Source of the DNA: Mobula hypostoma
Lineage: Eukaryota
Reading direction: 5' to 3'
NCBI RefSeq assembly: GCF_963921235.1
Contig: NC_086097.1
Span: forward strand, 112,718,001-112,782,000
DNA: 64,000 nucleotides
Positions 22,689 to 37,030 of this stretch are shown one piece after another. The translations under genes and the position numbers were made by a program. Below the pieces are notes generated by a model, which was not told where the DNA came from, did not search any database, and was given only the letters and a program-made list of their open reading frames with translations. Numbering within the stretch: the stretch's first letter is position 1; each line of letters starts with the position of its first letter.

Positions 22689-23369
22689 CCTCTCTTTTTC
22701 TCCGGAAACTTCTCTGCCTTCCAAGTCAGCCACTTAATGTTGTTGCTTTCAGATTGACACAGTAAGTGTTTAAGCTTTTGACATTAATAAAAATGTTTTA
22801 AGCTGAACTAAGTGGGACAGGATCCCATCTGGAACCACGCACCTCCTGTTTTGCTGCCTCATATTGGGTGCAAACCACCACATTGCTGCTAATGTATTCT
22901 TGGTCCGTTTCACTTCTGTTCGCAGAAAATATGAACAGACATTCACATTATACATTGCTGCAGCAGCACAGCCTGAAATCCAATTTCTAAGCAGTTATCC
23001 TATAGAACTTCGCATATAGGACAATATTTCTATGAACTGAGTTTACTTATATAACTTAATTCATTTTATCAAATTAATGTGAGTCCAATTGATTAGTATT
23101 TTTAATCACTTGAAATTATTTGCAAATATTCATAAATATTCAGATTTTTGACTGTTTTTCACTGTCGCATGATCTTAGGATTATGGCTTTCCAATCTGTC
23201 AGAGTCTATTTAAACTTCTGGTGACCCTATCACATAGCAGGACTCACACATGATGTGCCAACTCTGATGAGGATCTCAGTTGATTCAGATGGCTGTAGAC
23301 TTGAGTTAAGCACAAAAATCTAGGTTGGCTCTCTCGTGTAACACTAAAGGAATGATGTAGAGTTATTTT

Positions 23370-23602
23370 AGTATTATTTAGAGGTACAACATGGTAACAG
23401 GTCCTTCCAGCCCAAAGAGTCCACGCTGCCCAATTACACCATGTGACCAATTAACCTACTAACCCGCATGTCTTTCAAAAGTGGGAGGAAACTGGAGCAC
23501 CCAATGGAAGCCCATACGGTCATGGGGAGAACATACAAACACCTTACAGAGAGCTTTGGAACTGAACTTGGATCACTGGCACTGTAGTAGCATTACACTA
23601 CC
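23370..23602 (-). mobile_element. V-SINE/HE1-like SINE
   Basis: gtgggaggaaactggagcaccc...catggggagaacatacaaac is the reverse-complement V-core. Confidence 0.7.
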
Positions 23603-23714
23603 AAAAATGCCTTTTTTCAGATCAATATTAAACTCTTATTTGTGATTTCTCAAATGGCAATGATAAACTCTCATATTAATTATAGGAGGAGCTGAGGAAC
23701 AGCTATAGTCATAG

Positions 23715-26305
23715 TCCATAAGACCATAAGACCTTAAGACATACGAGTAGAATTAGGCCATCTGGCCCATCAAGTCTGCTCCATTATTTAATCATGGCTG
23801 ATCCTTTTAATTTTCTCCTCAACCCCAGTTCCCCGTCTTCTCCCCGTAACCTTGATGCCATGTCCAATCAAGAACCTAAATCAATCTCTGCCTTAAATAC
23901 ACCCAACAGTCTGGCCTCCACAGCTGCATGTGGCAACAAATTCCATAAATTCACCACCCTTTGGCTAAAGAAATTTCTCCGCATCTCTGTTTTGAAAGGG
24001 CACCCCACAATCCTGATGATGTGCCCTCTTGTCCTACACTTTCCCACCATGGGAAATGTCCTTTCCACATCTACTCTGATAGGCTTTTCAACATTTGAAA
24101 GGTTTCACTGAGATCACCCCCTCATCCTTCTGAATTCCGGCGAGTGTACAGACCCAGAGCCATCAAACCTTCCTCGTAGGATAACCCTTTCATTCCAGAA
24201 ATCATCTTTGTGAACCTCCTCTGGACCGTCTCAAATGCCAACACATCTTTTTTAAGATGAGGGGTCCAAAACTGTTCACAACACTCAAGGTGAGGCCTCA
24301 CCAGTCCTTTATAAAGCCTCAGCATCACATCCTCGCTGTTGTATCCTAGACCTCCTGAAATGAATGCTAACATGGCATTTGCCTTCCTCACCACCAACTC
24401 AAGCTGCAAGTTAATATTCAGGGTGTTCTGCACAATGATTTCCAAGTCCCTTTGCACCTCAGATTTTTGGATTTTCTCCCCGTTTAGAAAATAGTCTGGA
24501 CATTTATTTCTACTACCAAATTGCATGATCAAGCATTTTCCAACATTGTATTTCATTTACGACCTTCTTGCCCATTCTCCTAATCTGTCTAACTCCTTCT
24601 GCATCCTACCCGTTTCTTCAACAATACCTGCCCCTCCACCAAACTTCGTATCATCTGCAAACTTTGCAACAAAACCATCTATTCCATCATCTATCTCATT
24701 TATATACAGCATAAAAAGAAGTGGTCCCAACACTGACCCCTGCGGAACACCACTAGTCACTGGCAGCCAACCAGAAAAGGATCCTTTTATTCCCACTCAC
24801 TGCCTCCTATTAATCAGTCAATGCTCTAACCATGTTATACCTGTAACAATAAATTTTCCTGTAATACCATGGGCTCTTAACTTGGTCAGCAGCTTCATGT
24901 GTGGCACCTTGTCAAAGACCCTCTGAAAGTCCAAATATACAACATCCACAGCATCCCCTTTATCTATCCTACTTGTAATCTCCTCTAAGAATTCCAACAG
25001 GTTCGCTAGGCAGGATTTTCCCTGAAGGAAACCATGCTGACTTTGTACTATCTTGTCCTGTGTAACCAAGTACTCCATCACCTCACCCTTAACAATTGAC
25101 TCTAACATCTTCTAACAATTGACACCGAGGTCAGGCTAACTGGTCCATAATTTCCTTTCTGCTGCCTTCCTTCTTTCTTGAAGAGCAAAGTGACATTTGC
25201 AATTTTCCAGTCTCTGGCACCATGTCACAGTCCCATGATTTTTGAAAGATTATTTCTAATGCCACCACAATCTCTAACACTACCTCTTTCAGAATCCTAA
25301 GGTGTAGTTCATCTGGGTGACTTATGTATCTTTAGGTCTTTCAGCTTTTCTCTTGTAATCATAACTGCACCCACTTCTCTTCCTTCGTACACTACAACAT
25401 CAGACATACTGCTAGCATCTTTCACAGTGAAGGCTGATGCAAAATACTCATTTCATCCTTCCCCTTCTAATTATTTTTTGTTGCTCTCTGTAGGTTTTTA
25501 AAATCTTCCCAATCCTCTATCTTCCCACTAATTTTTGCTTTGTTGTATGCCCTTTCTTTTGCTTTTATAATAGCTTTGAATTCCCTTGTCAGCCATATTT
25601 TACCATTTGAATAGTTCTTCATTTTTGGAATACATATGTCCTGCACCTTCCTCATTTTCACAGAAACGCGTGCCATTGCTGCTCTGCTGACATCCCTGCC
25701 AGGAGCTCCTTCCAATTTACTTTGGCCAACTCCTCTCTCATACCACTGTAATTTCCCTTACTCCACTGAAATATTGCTACATCAGGCTTTATTTTCTCCC
25801 TATCAAATTTCATGTAGAATTCAATCATATCGTGATCACTGGTTCCGAAGGATTCTTTTACCTTAAGCTCCCGAATTGCCAACGGTTCATTACATAACAC
25901 CCAGTCCAGTACAGCTGATCCCCTAGTAGGCTCAATGACAAACTGCTCTAAAAAGCCATCTCTTAGGCACTCAACAAACTCACTCTCTTGAGATCCATTA
26001 CCAACCTGATTTTCCCAATTGACCTGCAAGTTAAAATCTCCCATGACGACCATAACATTGCCTTTTTGGCACGCCTTTTCTATTTCCTGTTGTAATCAGT
26101 GGCCGACCTCCCAGCCACTGTTGAGAGGCCTGTATATAACTGCCATCAACATCCTTTTACCCTTGCAGTTTCTTAACTCAGCCCACAAGGATTCAACGTC
26201 TTCTGATCCTACGTCATACCTTTCTACTGATCTAATGCCATTCTTTACCAGTACAGCCACGCCACTCCCTCTGCCTACCTTCCTATCCCTCTGATATAAC
26301 GTGTA
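23715..26305 (-). mobile_element. 5'-truncated CR1 LINE (distinct, older family)
   Basis: Minus ORFs give GDFN, SDH, QHGF, LDFQRVFDKVPH, PQGSVLGP, FADDTK and FSQRVVNLWN. The tail is (cttatggt)n. Confidence 0.92.
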
Positions 26306-26872
26306 ACATGTCGCTGTGTGGCCAACGTGTATCCATCACTCAACAATAGTAAATCAGATGACTTTGTCGTTACAACATTGCTGTTTATAGGAACATACTG
26401 TAAGCAGGATTCCACTTGTGTTTTCTAATTGATAGCAGTGAAAGCACTTCAATGGGACATCCTAAAAAGAACACGGAAGTAGCTTTGTGAAAGCACAACT
26501 TTATTTTTGCCCCTTTCAAATGGCTATGGCAGTGGTGTCATGGGGTTTGGGTGTAGAAATTATCATTGGTTTTAGAGTCTCCAACACAGGAACTTGAGTT
26601 ATGAAATCTGAGTGGCATTCTGAAAGATGCTCATGCAAACATGTTTGTGTCATTATTCATTGACACATTTTCAATCAATTAGCTTAGTCAGTAGGAATGG
26701 GTTAATGGTAAAGGCGGGGCGGTTTGGGTGGGGTAAAATAATAATCCAAATGGCACTAATTATAGAAATCTGCAACATTGATACCTGCAGTGCTCCTTTG
26801 TGATATTTTCAAATTATATTATGATTATGGTTACACCAAGCAAATTAAGGCATTTGTCATTTGTTTGACTAA

Positions 26873-29596
26873 CACGAGGACATACCCAATCAAAGCGTTT
26901 CCATAGAGGGCTTCCAGACCGTTCGAGCTGACCGGAATTGCACTGAGAGCGGTAAGCATGAAGGAGGGGGGCTGGCGGTTCTGGTAAACAACACATGGTG
27001 CAATCCTGGTCATATTACGATCAAGGAATGGGTCTATAGCCCAGATATTGAACTTTTTGTTGTTGGACTCCGGCCATATTATTTGCCAAGGGAAATCTCG
27101 CATGCAATTGTGGTTGTTGTGTACATCCCTCCCTCTGCCAACCCGACGTCGGCGTGTAACATCATTTACACCGTCATAGTTAGATTACAAACCCAGCACC
27201 CGAGTGCCCTCATTACCATCTCGGGTGACTTCAACCAGGTTACCATGGCTAGAACACTGCCCAACTTCACGCAGTATGTGAGCTGTACAACCAGAGGGGA
27301 GAGGACTCTGGATTTGATGTACGCTAACGTTAAGGATGCATACAGCTCCTCTCCCCTCCCCCCACCGGGAAGGTCAGATCACAACCTGCTGCATCTAAAA
27401 CCCTGCTACGAGCCTGTGGTGAACAGTAAATCTACAACCTCGAGGACAGTGAGGAAATGGTCGGAGGAGGCTTATGAGGCACTCCAGGGTTGTTTTGAGG
27501 TGACAGACTGGCAGGCACTCTGTGAGTCACATGGAGAGGACTGCAATGTTCCGAAAAGAACTGTCCTTTATTATTCAAATAACAAGCCATGGGTAACAAA
27601 GGACATTAAGGACCACCTGAACGCTAAAAAGAGGGCGTTTAGAGATGGAAATAGGGAGGAGCTCAGGGCAATACAGAGGGACCTGAAAGCCAGGATCAGG
27701 GAGGCTAAAGACAGGTACAGGAGGAGGCTTGAGTGGAAACTCCAGCAGAACAACATGAGAGAGGTCTGGAGTGGGATGAGGACCATCACTGGGTTCCAGC
27801 AAACTAGCAACAGAGGAGCTGAATGCAGTGTGGACAGGGCCAATGAACTTAACCTGTTCTTTAACAGATTTGACATTGTGGCCCCTGCCCATCCCCCACA
27901 TAAGCCATCTGTTGTCGGCCCCCAACCAACACATATTCCACTCTCCCCTCCTACCCCTCCTCACAGTCCCCCAGCCTGCTGTCATGACTATACCCCTTCC
28001 CCACACGAAACCACCACAGTGGGTTTCACAGTTGAACAGGTGAGAAGACAGCTGAAATGTCTCAACCCAAGCAAGGCTGCAGGACTGGATGGTGTCAGTA
28101 CCAGGGTGCTCAAAACCTGTGCCCTCAGCTATGTGGAGTACTTCGCCATGTATTCAACCTGAGCTTAAGGCTCCGGAGGGTTCCTGTGCTGTGGAAGACA
28201 TCCTGCCTCGTCCCTGTGCCAAAGACGCCGCGCCCCAGTAGCCCCAATGACTACAGACCGGTGGCATTGATCTCCCACATCATGAAGACCCTGGAGAGAC
28301 TTGTTCTGGAGCTGCTCCAGCCTACGGTCAGGCCACACTTAGATCCCCTCCAGTTCGCCTACCAGCCCCGACTAGGAGTTGAGGATGCCATCATCTTCCT
28401 GCTGAACCGTGTCTATGCCCACCTGGACAAGCCAGCGAGCACTGTGAGGGTCATGTTTTTTTGACTTCTCCAGTGCATTCAACACCATCCACCCTGCTCT
28501 GCTGGGGGAGAAGCTGACAGCGATGCAGGTGGATGCTTTCCTGGTGTCATGGATTCTTGATTATCTGACTGGCAGACCACAGTACGTGTGCTTGCAACAC
28601 TGTGTTTCTGACAGAGTGATCAGCAGCACTGTGGCTCTACAGGGGACTGTCTTGTCTCCCCTTCTCTTCACCATTTACACCTCGGACTTCAACTACTGCA
28701 CAGAGTCTTGTCATCTTCAGAAGTTTTCGGATGACTCTGCCATAGTTGGATGCATCAGCAAGGGAGATGAGGCTGAGTACAGGGCTACGGTAGGAAACTT
28801 TGTCACATGGTGTGAGCAGAATTATCTGCAGCTTAATGTGAAAAAGACTAAGGAGCTGGTGGTAGACCTGAGGAGAGCTAAGGTACCGGTGACCCCTGTT
28901 TCTATCCAGGGGGTCAGTGTGGACATGGTGGAGGATTACAAATACCTGGAGATATGAATTGGCAATAAACTGGACTGGTCAAAGAACACTGAGGCTGTCT
29001 ACAAGAAGGGCCAGAGCCATCTCTATTTCCTGAGGAGACTGAGGTCCTTTAACATCTGCCAGACGATGCTGAGGATGTTCTGCGAGTCTGTGGTGGCCAG
29101 TGCTATCATGTTTCCTGTTGTGTGCTGGGGCAGCAGGCTGAGGGTAGCAGACACCAAAAGAATGGACAAACTCATTCGTAAGGCCAGTGATGTTGTGGGG
29201 ATGGAACTGGACTCTCTGACGGTGGTGTCTGAAAAGAGGATGCTGTCCAAGTTGCATGCCATCTTGGACAATGTGTTCCATCCACTACATAATGTACTAG
29301 GTGGGCACAGGAATACATTCAGCCAGAGACTCTTTCCACCGAGATGCAACACAAAGCGTCATAGGAAGTCATTCCTGCCTGTGGCCATCAAATTTTACAA
29401 CTCCTCCCTTGGAGGGTCAGACACCCTGAGCCAATAGGCTGGTCCTGGACTTATTTCATAATTTACTGGCATAATTTACATATTACTATTTAACTATTTA
29501 TAGTTTTATTACTATTTATTATTTTTTATGGTGCAACTGTAACGAAAACCAATTTCGCCCGGGATCAATAAAGTATGACTATGACTATAACTATGT
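26873..29596 (+). mobile_element. Rex1/Babar-clade LINE, 5'-truncated, APE+RT with frameshifts
   Basis: VYIPP, GDFN, LDLMYAN, SDH; DYRPVALISHIMKTLERL, LDPLQFAYQP, QGTVLSPLLFTIYT, KFSDDSAIVG. The 3' end reads aataaag(tatgac)n. Confidence 0.9.
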
Positions 29597-31477
29597 CTAT
29601 CTGTGTGCATGGCTTTCAGTGAAATATGGCAAATTAATGTGGCTTTTAATAGAAAATAACTAGCAGCATTGAAGTCTCCAATAAAGGTTAACAATTGGCA
29701 CAGGTATTCTTGCTGTCAATCTTTGAAAATCTGGATTGAAGTTAATGGCATTTTTCCAGGGTTGCAGAGTTCTATATATTTAGATAAGTGCCCTTTTCTC
29801 TGCAGACTACTAGTGGCTGAGAGACAGGAGGTGTAAATGTGCCTCATAGATGTATTGAATCATAAACTAATAAGGCACAGTCAGAGACTATTGCACCTCT
29901 GCTGGCTTTTGAACAGTTTAGTTAATTGGACCCGGTACTTTGAATTTCCCCCTTAGCTTTTCCAAATCCCTTCTGAAGTTTTATTAAGTTTACATATGAG
30001 ATCATAAGAAATTGCTGCATTAAAAAAAAATCTCCTTCTTGATTTCTTGTAAATTATCCTAAATCCTAGTTCTCCTGTTTCTGAAAGTTTTCCTTTATCC
30101 ACTTGATCAAAAGCTCACTTCATTTTAAACATTTCTGTTAAATCTTTTTTTAACCTTCCATGTTCTGTGGTACCTTTGCTGTTCTGTGTTCTGCTCACAC
30201 ATGTCCCTCACTGCTGGTACCTCTGTGATAATCTATTCTCCATCATCCCACTCACCCTTTCATCATTCCTAAAAGCCGCTACCTTCAACTGGAAACAATT
30301 ATTATCAAAAATGCACTGCTTACCTCCGTTTAAAAAAATGCCTTTTCAGAGCTGCTCCTTTCCTTATCTAAGTAAAACCTGTTTTCAGTACACAGGCTTG
30401 CATCATACAGCAGGTTAAGTTTTAAAATTTATTTCAAATGTATTTCAAACAGAAATAAGATGTGTATTTATGCAGTACATTGTATGGTCTCAGCCTGTCC
30501 TGAAGCACAGAAAACAATCTACACGCAGCAAAGCCTATCAAAAATTGCCTTAATGTATGACTGCACACGGTATATATGTTTAGTGCTGCAAGGCAATAGA
30601 AAGGAGAGATATATACAAGACCAGGAATACAATAATAAAACTTTGGTATTGCCGCATTTAAAACTTTGGGCCCACAAAACACCGATATTAATGGAGAATA
30701 TCCAAAGGCTAGATCTTCAAAAGTTACTTAGTCTTGGGTCCTGATGAAGAGTCAAGGCCCAAATCGTCCACTGTTTATTCCAATAAATTAATAGAGTCAA
30801 TCAAATAAAAATGGAGAATCAGAAGGAAAATTAAGAAGACAGGAAGCAATTCTTATTGCAGAGAAGATCAGCTGTTTGAAAATTTTGCCAGAGTGTGATT
30901 GTAATTTAAGCCTTCAAAAGGGGAGTGTTAGGTTCGTCAACGGAAAACATTGTGAGATATAAAAGTTAAGGTGGCATTAGCTGTGATCATTAATATCAAT
31001 TACTGTAACCTTCAGGAACTTATTTATCATCTTAATGGATTAGGGAGGTGGTGTCATTATTTTTCCTCAATTGGCCTACATTAGGTTGTCTGTTATATAC
31101 CATCTATCAGTAGACACTATAACTGAAGAACAGGCTTACTCTGAATGTAAATTCCACTGCACCTAGATGGGACACACTGATTGGATCAACTGGGGATTTT
31201 TACACGTTAAATTACCTAGAGAATAAAGAGCACAAAATGGAAGCATCAGCACTGTTAGTCCATGATGATAATATGCACCACATGAGTCTTCTCCCAACTC
31301 TCAATATTTGACAATCACTCATGACAACTTCACCAAGAAGTCTAATTGGTTATAACCGTTTTTGAGAGAATCAGCACAGAATGATCGATCTGATATTATC
31401 TTCAGCTTTTACTATGCAGTACTCTCACTATAAAAATAACTGAAGATGTACCCAAAACCTCATCTCCATTTCATTGT

Positions 31478-32000
31478 TCAGAGTACAACTGAAATTCACT
31501 ATCAAAGTGCATACTGCATATGTCACCAGATACTACCTGGAGATTTAGTTTCTCGCAGGCATTTACAGGAAAACAAAGAAAGTATATGAAAAACTATACA
31601 TGACAAAGACTGATAAACTACCAATATGTAAAAGAGGACAAATCATGCAAATAATAAATTTTTAAAAAGTAACTAAGTAATACTGAGAACATGAGTTGTA
31701 GACTCCTTGAAAGTGAATTTGTGGGTTGTGGAGTCAGTTCATTGTTGAGGTGAGTGGAGTTACCCATGCTGATTCAGGAGCATGATGGCTGTTAGGTAAT
31801 AACTGTTCCTGAACCTGGTGATGTGGGATCTAAGTCTCCTGTGCCTCCTAGCCAATGACAGTATTGAGAAAGTGGCATGGCTGAGATGATGGGGGTCCTC
31901 GATGATGAAAGTTGCTTTCTTGTGGCAGCGCTCCTTGTAAATGTGCTCATTGATGGGGAGGGTTTTGCCTGTGATTGTCTGGGTTGCATCCACCACTTGG
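31478..32000 (-). mobile_element. Rex1/Babar-type LINE 3' end
   Basis: ORF 31760..32008 gives IIEDPHH...RFRNSYY, followed by the shared 3'UTR. Confidence 0.75.
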
Positions 32001-32694
32001 TGAATCACTTGGTGAATTTATGGCACCAAATTCACAATAAAGCTCCATAAGGGTAGTATGTTTTAGGGGCAGAGTGAAATATGCTCTTTTTTAGTGTTTG
32101 CAATGTAAAAAATAATTCTTCCCTGATAAAGTGAACTTTGCAAGCATGAAGTTTTCTTATCAATTAGTAATTTCAAACTTCTTAAATTTTAAAATAACAA
32201 ATGTAAACAAAAAATATAGTTTTTATTACATATTAGCTTGCAGCTTTTTCCAAATGTGCACCCCAATCTTTATTCTGTTCTCTGTAAAATATTTAAAATG
32301 TCATGATTTTTACCTCGCAGTGGCTGTATGTATGAATTCTTCAATTTGTTTAGCTGCCACCCAACTTGATGATTACTATTACCAGACAACACAGATTGTC
32401 TTTAGAGATTTTTAAATTAACCCTTATTTCAGAAAAGGAAAACTACACACCTAGAGTGCCCAATGGATCAGCTGGGTAGTGGGGGTTGGGGGCGAGGAGG
32501 TTCTTCAAGGTTATCGCCAAGCACCATCAACTTGTCACTGGTTGGAAAATCCAGATTAATCAAAGTTGCAGATGACAAAGTCTCATTTGTTTTCTTTATA
32601 AAATGATACCTGATGGTGTAGTAAAGTAGCAATCTGTCCCATTTTTCAAAATGATTACATAAAAGGTCTCCTCTGTCTCAGACCATTCTAAATT

Positions 32695-32986
32695 AATTTT
32701 ATTTAGGGATACAGCGTGGAGCAGTCACTTCCGGCCCAGTGAGCCACACTGGCCAGCAAGCCACCTATTTAACCCTGGCCTAATCACAGAACAATTTACA
32801 CTGACCAATGAACCTACTAACCGGTACATCTTGGGAATGTGGGAGAAAACCGGAGCACCCGGAGGAAACCCATGCGCACACGGAAAGGACATGAAAACTT
32901 CTTATAGAGGACGGTGGAATTGAACTCTGAACTCGGATGCCCTGAGCTATAATAGCATCACGGTAACCACTACGATACTGTGGTGC
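32695..32986 (-). mobile_element. V-SINE/HE1-like SINE with CR1-like tail
   Basis: gtgggagaaaaccggagcacccggaggaaaccca; tail ttatttagggatacagcgtgg. Confidence 0.75.
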
Positions 32987-33189
32987 ATTTTCAACATGTT
33001 ATTTGTTTGGATACCACCTACTCCCTTTCCAGAGGTATATCCACTGCAAAAGACTGTAAGTAATATGGGTCAGGCTCAATTAGATTGAGTGTGACGCCGA
33101 ACTAATACAAGAATGGAAAGTTTCATGGTGTTGCAGGGTAAAGATGACTTCAATTCTGTGCTTAATCTCACTTTTTAAATTGAGAAGAG

Positions 33190-36145
33190 TTGCACCTGAT
33201 TTGAAAAGTAAGCTGGGCCTGTTGGGACCTCCTGCAGATAGAGCAGTATGAATGGGCCCAGGTCAGTGATCTGCTCCCCTTGTATGATATGGAAGATCTG
33301 GGAGGCCTCCCGTCTCCCTGATAGCTACATGTACAAGAGGTACATCCAGCCACAACTCCTTACGGACTGTGCTGGGAAAGTGATGCTGGATCTGACCTAC
33401 AGCTCGTTTGGGAGAATGAGAAGGCGATGGATAAGAGCTACAGAGAGGTAAGTCGCTGGGTGACTGTTGGAATGGGCAGCCAATGCAGTGTACTTGCGTG
33501 ATCAATAACAGTTAGACCATTTTGGATACTGCTGGGGGGTGGGTGAACTGCCAGATGAAAGCCACGGTAACCAGATCTGGCTCTGTGGCGCAGAAGGGAA
33601 GGGGGAGAAGAGGACAGGAGGACAGTTGTGGTGATAGGGGATTCAATATTTACAGGAACAGATAAGAGATTCTGTTGATGAGGAAGAGACACCGGGTTGG
33701 TGTGTTGTCTCTCAGGTGCCAGGATCGGGGGCGCCTTAGATTGGCTCCACAGCAGTCTTAAACGGAAGGTGAGCAGACAGAATCTGTGGTACATATTGGT
33801 ACCAATGACATAATCCCCCCTGTTAGACTGTTTAAGGTAACTTATTTTAAAATTTATTTTCTTACTTCTCTTCTAATATCATATATCTGTGCACTTGTAA
33901 TGCTACTGTGACACTAAAGTATCTAGCTATCTATCATAGATAGATAAAGGGAAGAAGTCATGAAGAAAGAACACAGGGAGCCAGGTAGGAAGTTGAAAAG
34001 CAGGAGCTCTGGATTGCAATCTCTGAGAAGTAAGCTCTGGATTGTCGCTTGTGGCATACACAAGTGAGAGTAAGAATAGAATGATCTGGCAATTGAATGT
34101 GGAGTGGTCAGCATTTCGGATTTGTGGATCACTGGGATCTCTTCTGGGGAAAGGATGATCTGTACAAAATTGGCAGGTTACACCTGGACTTGAGGGGGAC
34201 AAATATCCTTGTGGGTAGGTTTGCTCGAACTATTGGAGAAGGTTTAAAGTAGATTGGCAGAGGGATGGGAACCAGGGTGATAGGTCAGAGGATGGGCCAG
34301 CTGGTGTAAAGGTAGATGCAGCTTATGGACAGATAGGCAGTGGACAGGACAAAATTGCAGAGGGATGGGTTGAAATGTGTCAATTTTAATGCGAGAAATA
34401 TCAGGAACAAGGGTTATGAACTTACAGCATGGAGAGTTAACTATCAGAAGGACAGGAATGGCTGCTGGATATGCTGAGGTTTCCAAAAGGATAGAGAGGG
34501 AGGTGAAAGAGGGGAGGAAGTGACACTGCTAGTCAGAGATAGCATCACAGCTGTAGAAAGGCAGAGTGTCATGGAATCATCATCTACTGAGTCAGTGTGG
34601 CTGAAAGTAAGAAAGAGAAAGAGAGAAATCACTCTATTGGGAGTATTTTATAGACAAACCCCCCCACCCCACCCCCCCCGATAGCAACAGAGACATGGAG
34701 GAACATATCGGGAGGCATATTTTGGAAAGGTGCAAAAATAACAGGGTGACTTCAACTTCCCTAACATTGATTGTCACCTTTTTTTATTGCAAAAGACTTA
34801 GCTGTGACAGAATTTGTTGGGTGCATCCAGGACTCAATATACTGGATCTAGTACTTGGCAAAAAACCTGGTCAGGTGACGGATCTTTCGGTGAGTGAGGA
34901 TTTCAGAGTCAGTGTCAACAACGCCCTGACCTGTACCATAGCCTTGGACCAGAGATAGGTGTCAACAGTGTGGGAAAGTATTTAATTGCAGGAGGGGAAA
35001 TTATGACGCTGTTAGGAACTAGGGGCATAAGCTGGGAATAGATGTACTTAGAGAAATTCACAATGGAAATGTGGAGGTTGTTTTTTTGGAAGCACTTACA
35101 TGGGATTCCATATAGGCTTATCCTGTTGAGGCAGGGAAAGGATAGTAGGCTGAAGGAATTATAGTCAAGAGGAAGAAAGAAGCATACTTACGATGTAGGA
35201 AGCAAGGAATCAGCCAAGGCTCTATTTTTACAAGGTAGGTAGGATAAAGTTTAATAACGGACTGAAGAGAGTTAGAAGGGGATATGAGAAGACCTTGGCA
35301 AGTAGGATTAAGAAAAACCCCAAGATGCCTTACACACATGTGAAGAACAGGAAGATGTCTAGAGTGCTGCCGATGTGGTAGTAGAGGAGAGTACTTTGCA
35401 GACGAAAAGAATGAACCAAGCTGTTGAACGAGACCAGTATGGTCAACAAAATCCAATATGGGGCCTGCAGCAAATATTACATCAGCCAGACTGGGAGAAA
35501 ACTACCCACAAGGATCCATGAACACTACCTGGCTGTAAACTCTCCTTAGTTTCTACCCATGAAGATTGAGAGGGGCACAAATTTGTCTGGGCATCAGTGA
35601 AAGTCAGGGTGCTTTCATATCTCCAGTCAAGGTGGTGTTAGTGTACAACGCTCCCTCAGTTGACATCTTCCAGAAAGCAAACAAAAGTAGCTCTGTGTAA
35701 GATGAGAAGTGTTTAAAATGTTTAGAATTTTTTTCTGCGACTTGATGAACACCTCAAACCTTCCTTTATCAGGTTCCATAATAAAAAAAAAGAGAGGTAT
35801 AGATAGAGTAAATGCGAGCAGGTTTTTCCACTGAGGTTGGGTGGGACTACAACCAGAGGTCATGGGTTAAGGGTGAAAGGTGAAATATTTAAGAGGAACA
35901 TGAGAGAAGCTTCTTCACTCAGAAGGCCGTGAGAGTGTGTAATGAGCTGACAGCACAAGCGGTGTGTGCAAGCTCGATTTCAGTGTTTAGAAGAAGTTTG
36001 GATTGGTACATGGATTACTCGAGGTATGGAGAACTATGATACTGGTGCAGGTTGATGGGAGTAGGCAGTTTAAATAGCTCAGCACAGACTAGATGGGCCA
36101 ATAGGCCTGTTTCTGTGCTGTACACATCTGATTCTATGACTCTAA
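33190..36145 (+). mobile_element. Old, internally deleted CR1 (ORF1 esterase, APE remnants, 3' tail) with nested inserts
   Basis: VIGDS (33631), HIGTND (33791), FVDHWDLFW, ggtttaaagtag junction, GDFNFP, and a 3' end ctgtttctgtgctgta...ttctatgactcta. Confidence 0.75.
35436..35606 (+). pseudogene. Penelope-like element GIY-YIG endonuclease fragment
   Basis: KIQYGACSKYYISQTGRKLPTRIHEHYLAV / SLVSTHED*EGHKFVWASVKV. Confidence 0.75.
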
Positions 36146-36699
36146 ATGAGAGAGAAATGAGGAAATAATGGACCAAATAGTCTACACTCTGTTGAAAATT
36201 ACCAAGTTCTGGCGATTAAGCAAAAACAAATCAAACATTTTGAATTTATTTGGCCGATCAGAGAGAGCAAATATGAAATTGTAATTGTAAAATTGTGTAC
36301 ACAGTCATGCCAATGGATGTTATGTAGATTTTTATAAAACAACTCATTAAAGACCCTAAGAAGATACCGAAAATAAAACTGACGGTCATGAAATTAAAGG
36401 TAAATGTGGACATGGTTAGGAAATAAGCAGACTGGCATAATGAAAAAATATTTTTATCATTATAATACTCACAAGTTCTAAAATATATTCACTTCTCAAA
36501 AGAGTCAATTTAAGGTGTATATTTCAATGGATTATGTTGGTGACAAAATACGTATCTTGGTGATTTAAAAAGAAATCAGCTGACTGTGCTGGCATGATAA
36601 ACCTGAGCATTTTCCCCAAACAGGAATCTGATTGCAGGCCAGTAAATCAGTAGTCAAATATGTGGATTGTCTCTTTATAATTAGTAATCTACGATGAAG

Positions 36700-36730
36700 G
36701 AATGGAGAAAGATAGCATGACAAGGATAGT

Positions 36731-36762
<32 letters not shown>

Positions 36763-37030
36763 TGTAAGGGAGGAAGGGAGAGCAAGGGAGAGAGGGAGGG
36801 AGAGGGGGAGAGTGAGACAGAGAAGATAAGGAGAGAAAGGAGGAGAGTGAGATAGTGAGAGAGTAGGGAGAGAGAAGGGAAAGAGAGGGGGAGAGAGGGG
36901 AGAGAGAGGGGGGAGAGCAAGAGGAGAGAGAGGAGAAAAGAAAGAACAGGAGAGAGGGATGGTGACAGAGTGGAGAGAGAGAGAGAGGAGGAGAAAAAGA
37001 AGAGCAGAGAGAGTCAGGAAGAGAGAGTGT
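36700..37030. repeat. Imperfect (GA)n polypurine low-complexity tract
   Basis: About 330 bp of almost pure A/G on the + strand. Confidence 0.95.
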
